NCBI RefSeq assembly: GCF_963921235.1
Contig: NC_086097.1
Coordinates: forward strand, 242,484,001-242,548,000
Reading direction: 5' to 3'
From: Mobula hypostoma
Taxonomy: Eukaryota
DNA length: 64,000 nucleotides
How positions within the stretch are numbered: the first letter of the stretch is position 1; each line of letters begins with the position of its first letter. Below, in pieces: positions 63,600-64,000 of the stretch. The notes beneath the pieces were generated by a model. That model worked only from the letters and a program-made list of their open reading frames with translations, was not told the DNA's origin and made no database searches. The translations under genes and the position numbers were made by a program.

Positions 63600-64000
<401 letters not shown>

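Overview
Vertebrate nuclear DNA, most likely from a cartilaginous fish (shark/ray; inferred from HE1/V-SINE-like SINEs and the CR1/Rex1/Penelope mix). About 60 kb is a dense, nested transposon field downstream of one host gene. The terminal coding exon of EXT1 (exostosin-1) lies on the minus strand at 63600-63785 and is missing from the ORF track. Its probable ~3.1 kb, repeat-free 3' UTR extends to ~60520. The rest contains at least four CR1-type LINE families distinguishable by their 3' microsatellite tails, Rex1/Babar-type LINEs, Penelope-like elements (GIY-YIG), a decayed Gypsy provirus plus a related solo LTR, hAT and Tc1/mariner non-autonomous elements, tRNA-derived SINEs, RTE-like bipartite elements and several minisatellites. 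No transposon ORF is fully intact. The most notable hidden signal is about a dozen copies of a minimal type I hammerhead ribozyme motif (CAGUC-CUGANGA-A-GGG-loop-CCC-GAAA-C-GUC-GACUG) in Penelope 3' tails. Its stem III has no loop, so it could form only as a dimer. Some tails are arranged as ~200-bp fold-back mini-elements with the motifs at the hairpin apex. There is no CRISPR array or prokaryotic system. All calls come from reading the sequence by eye; boundaries of old repeats are approximate.
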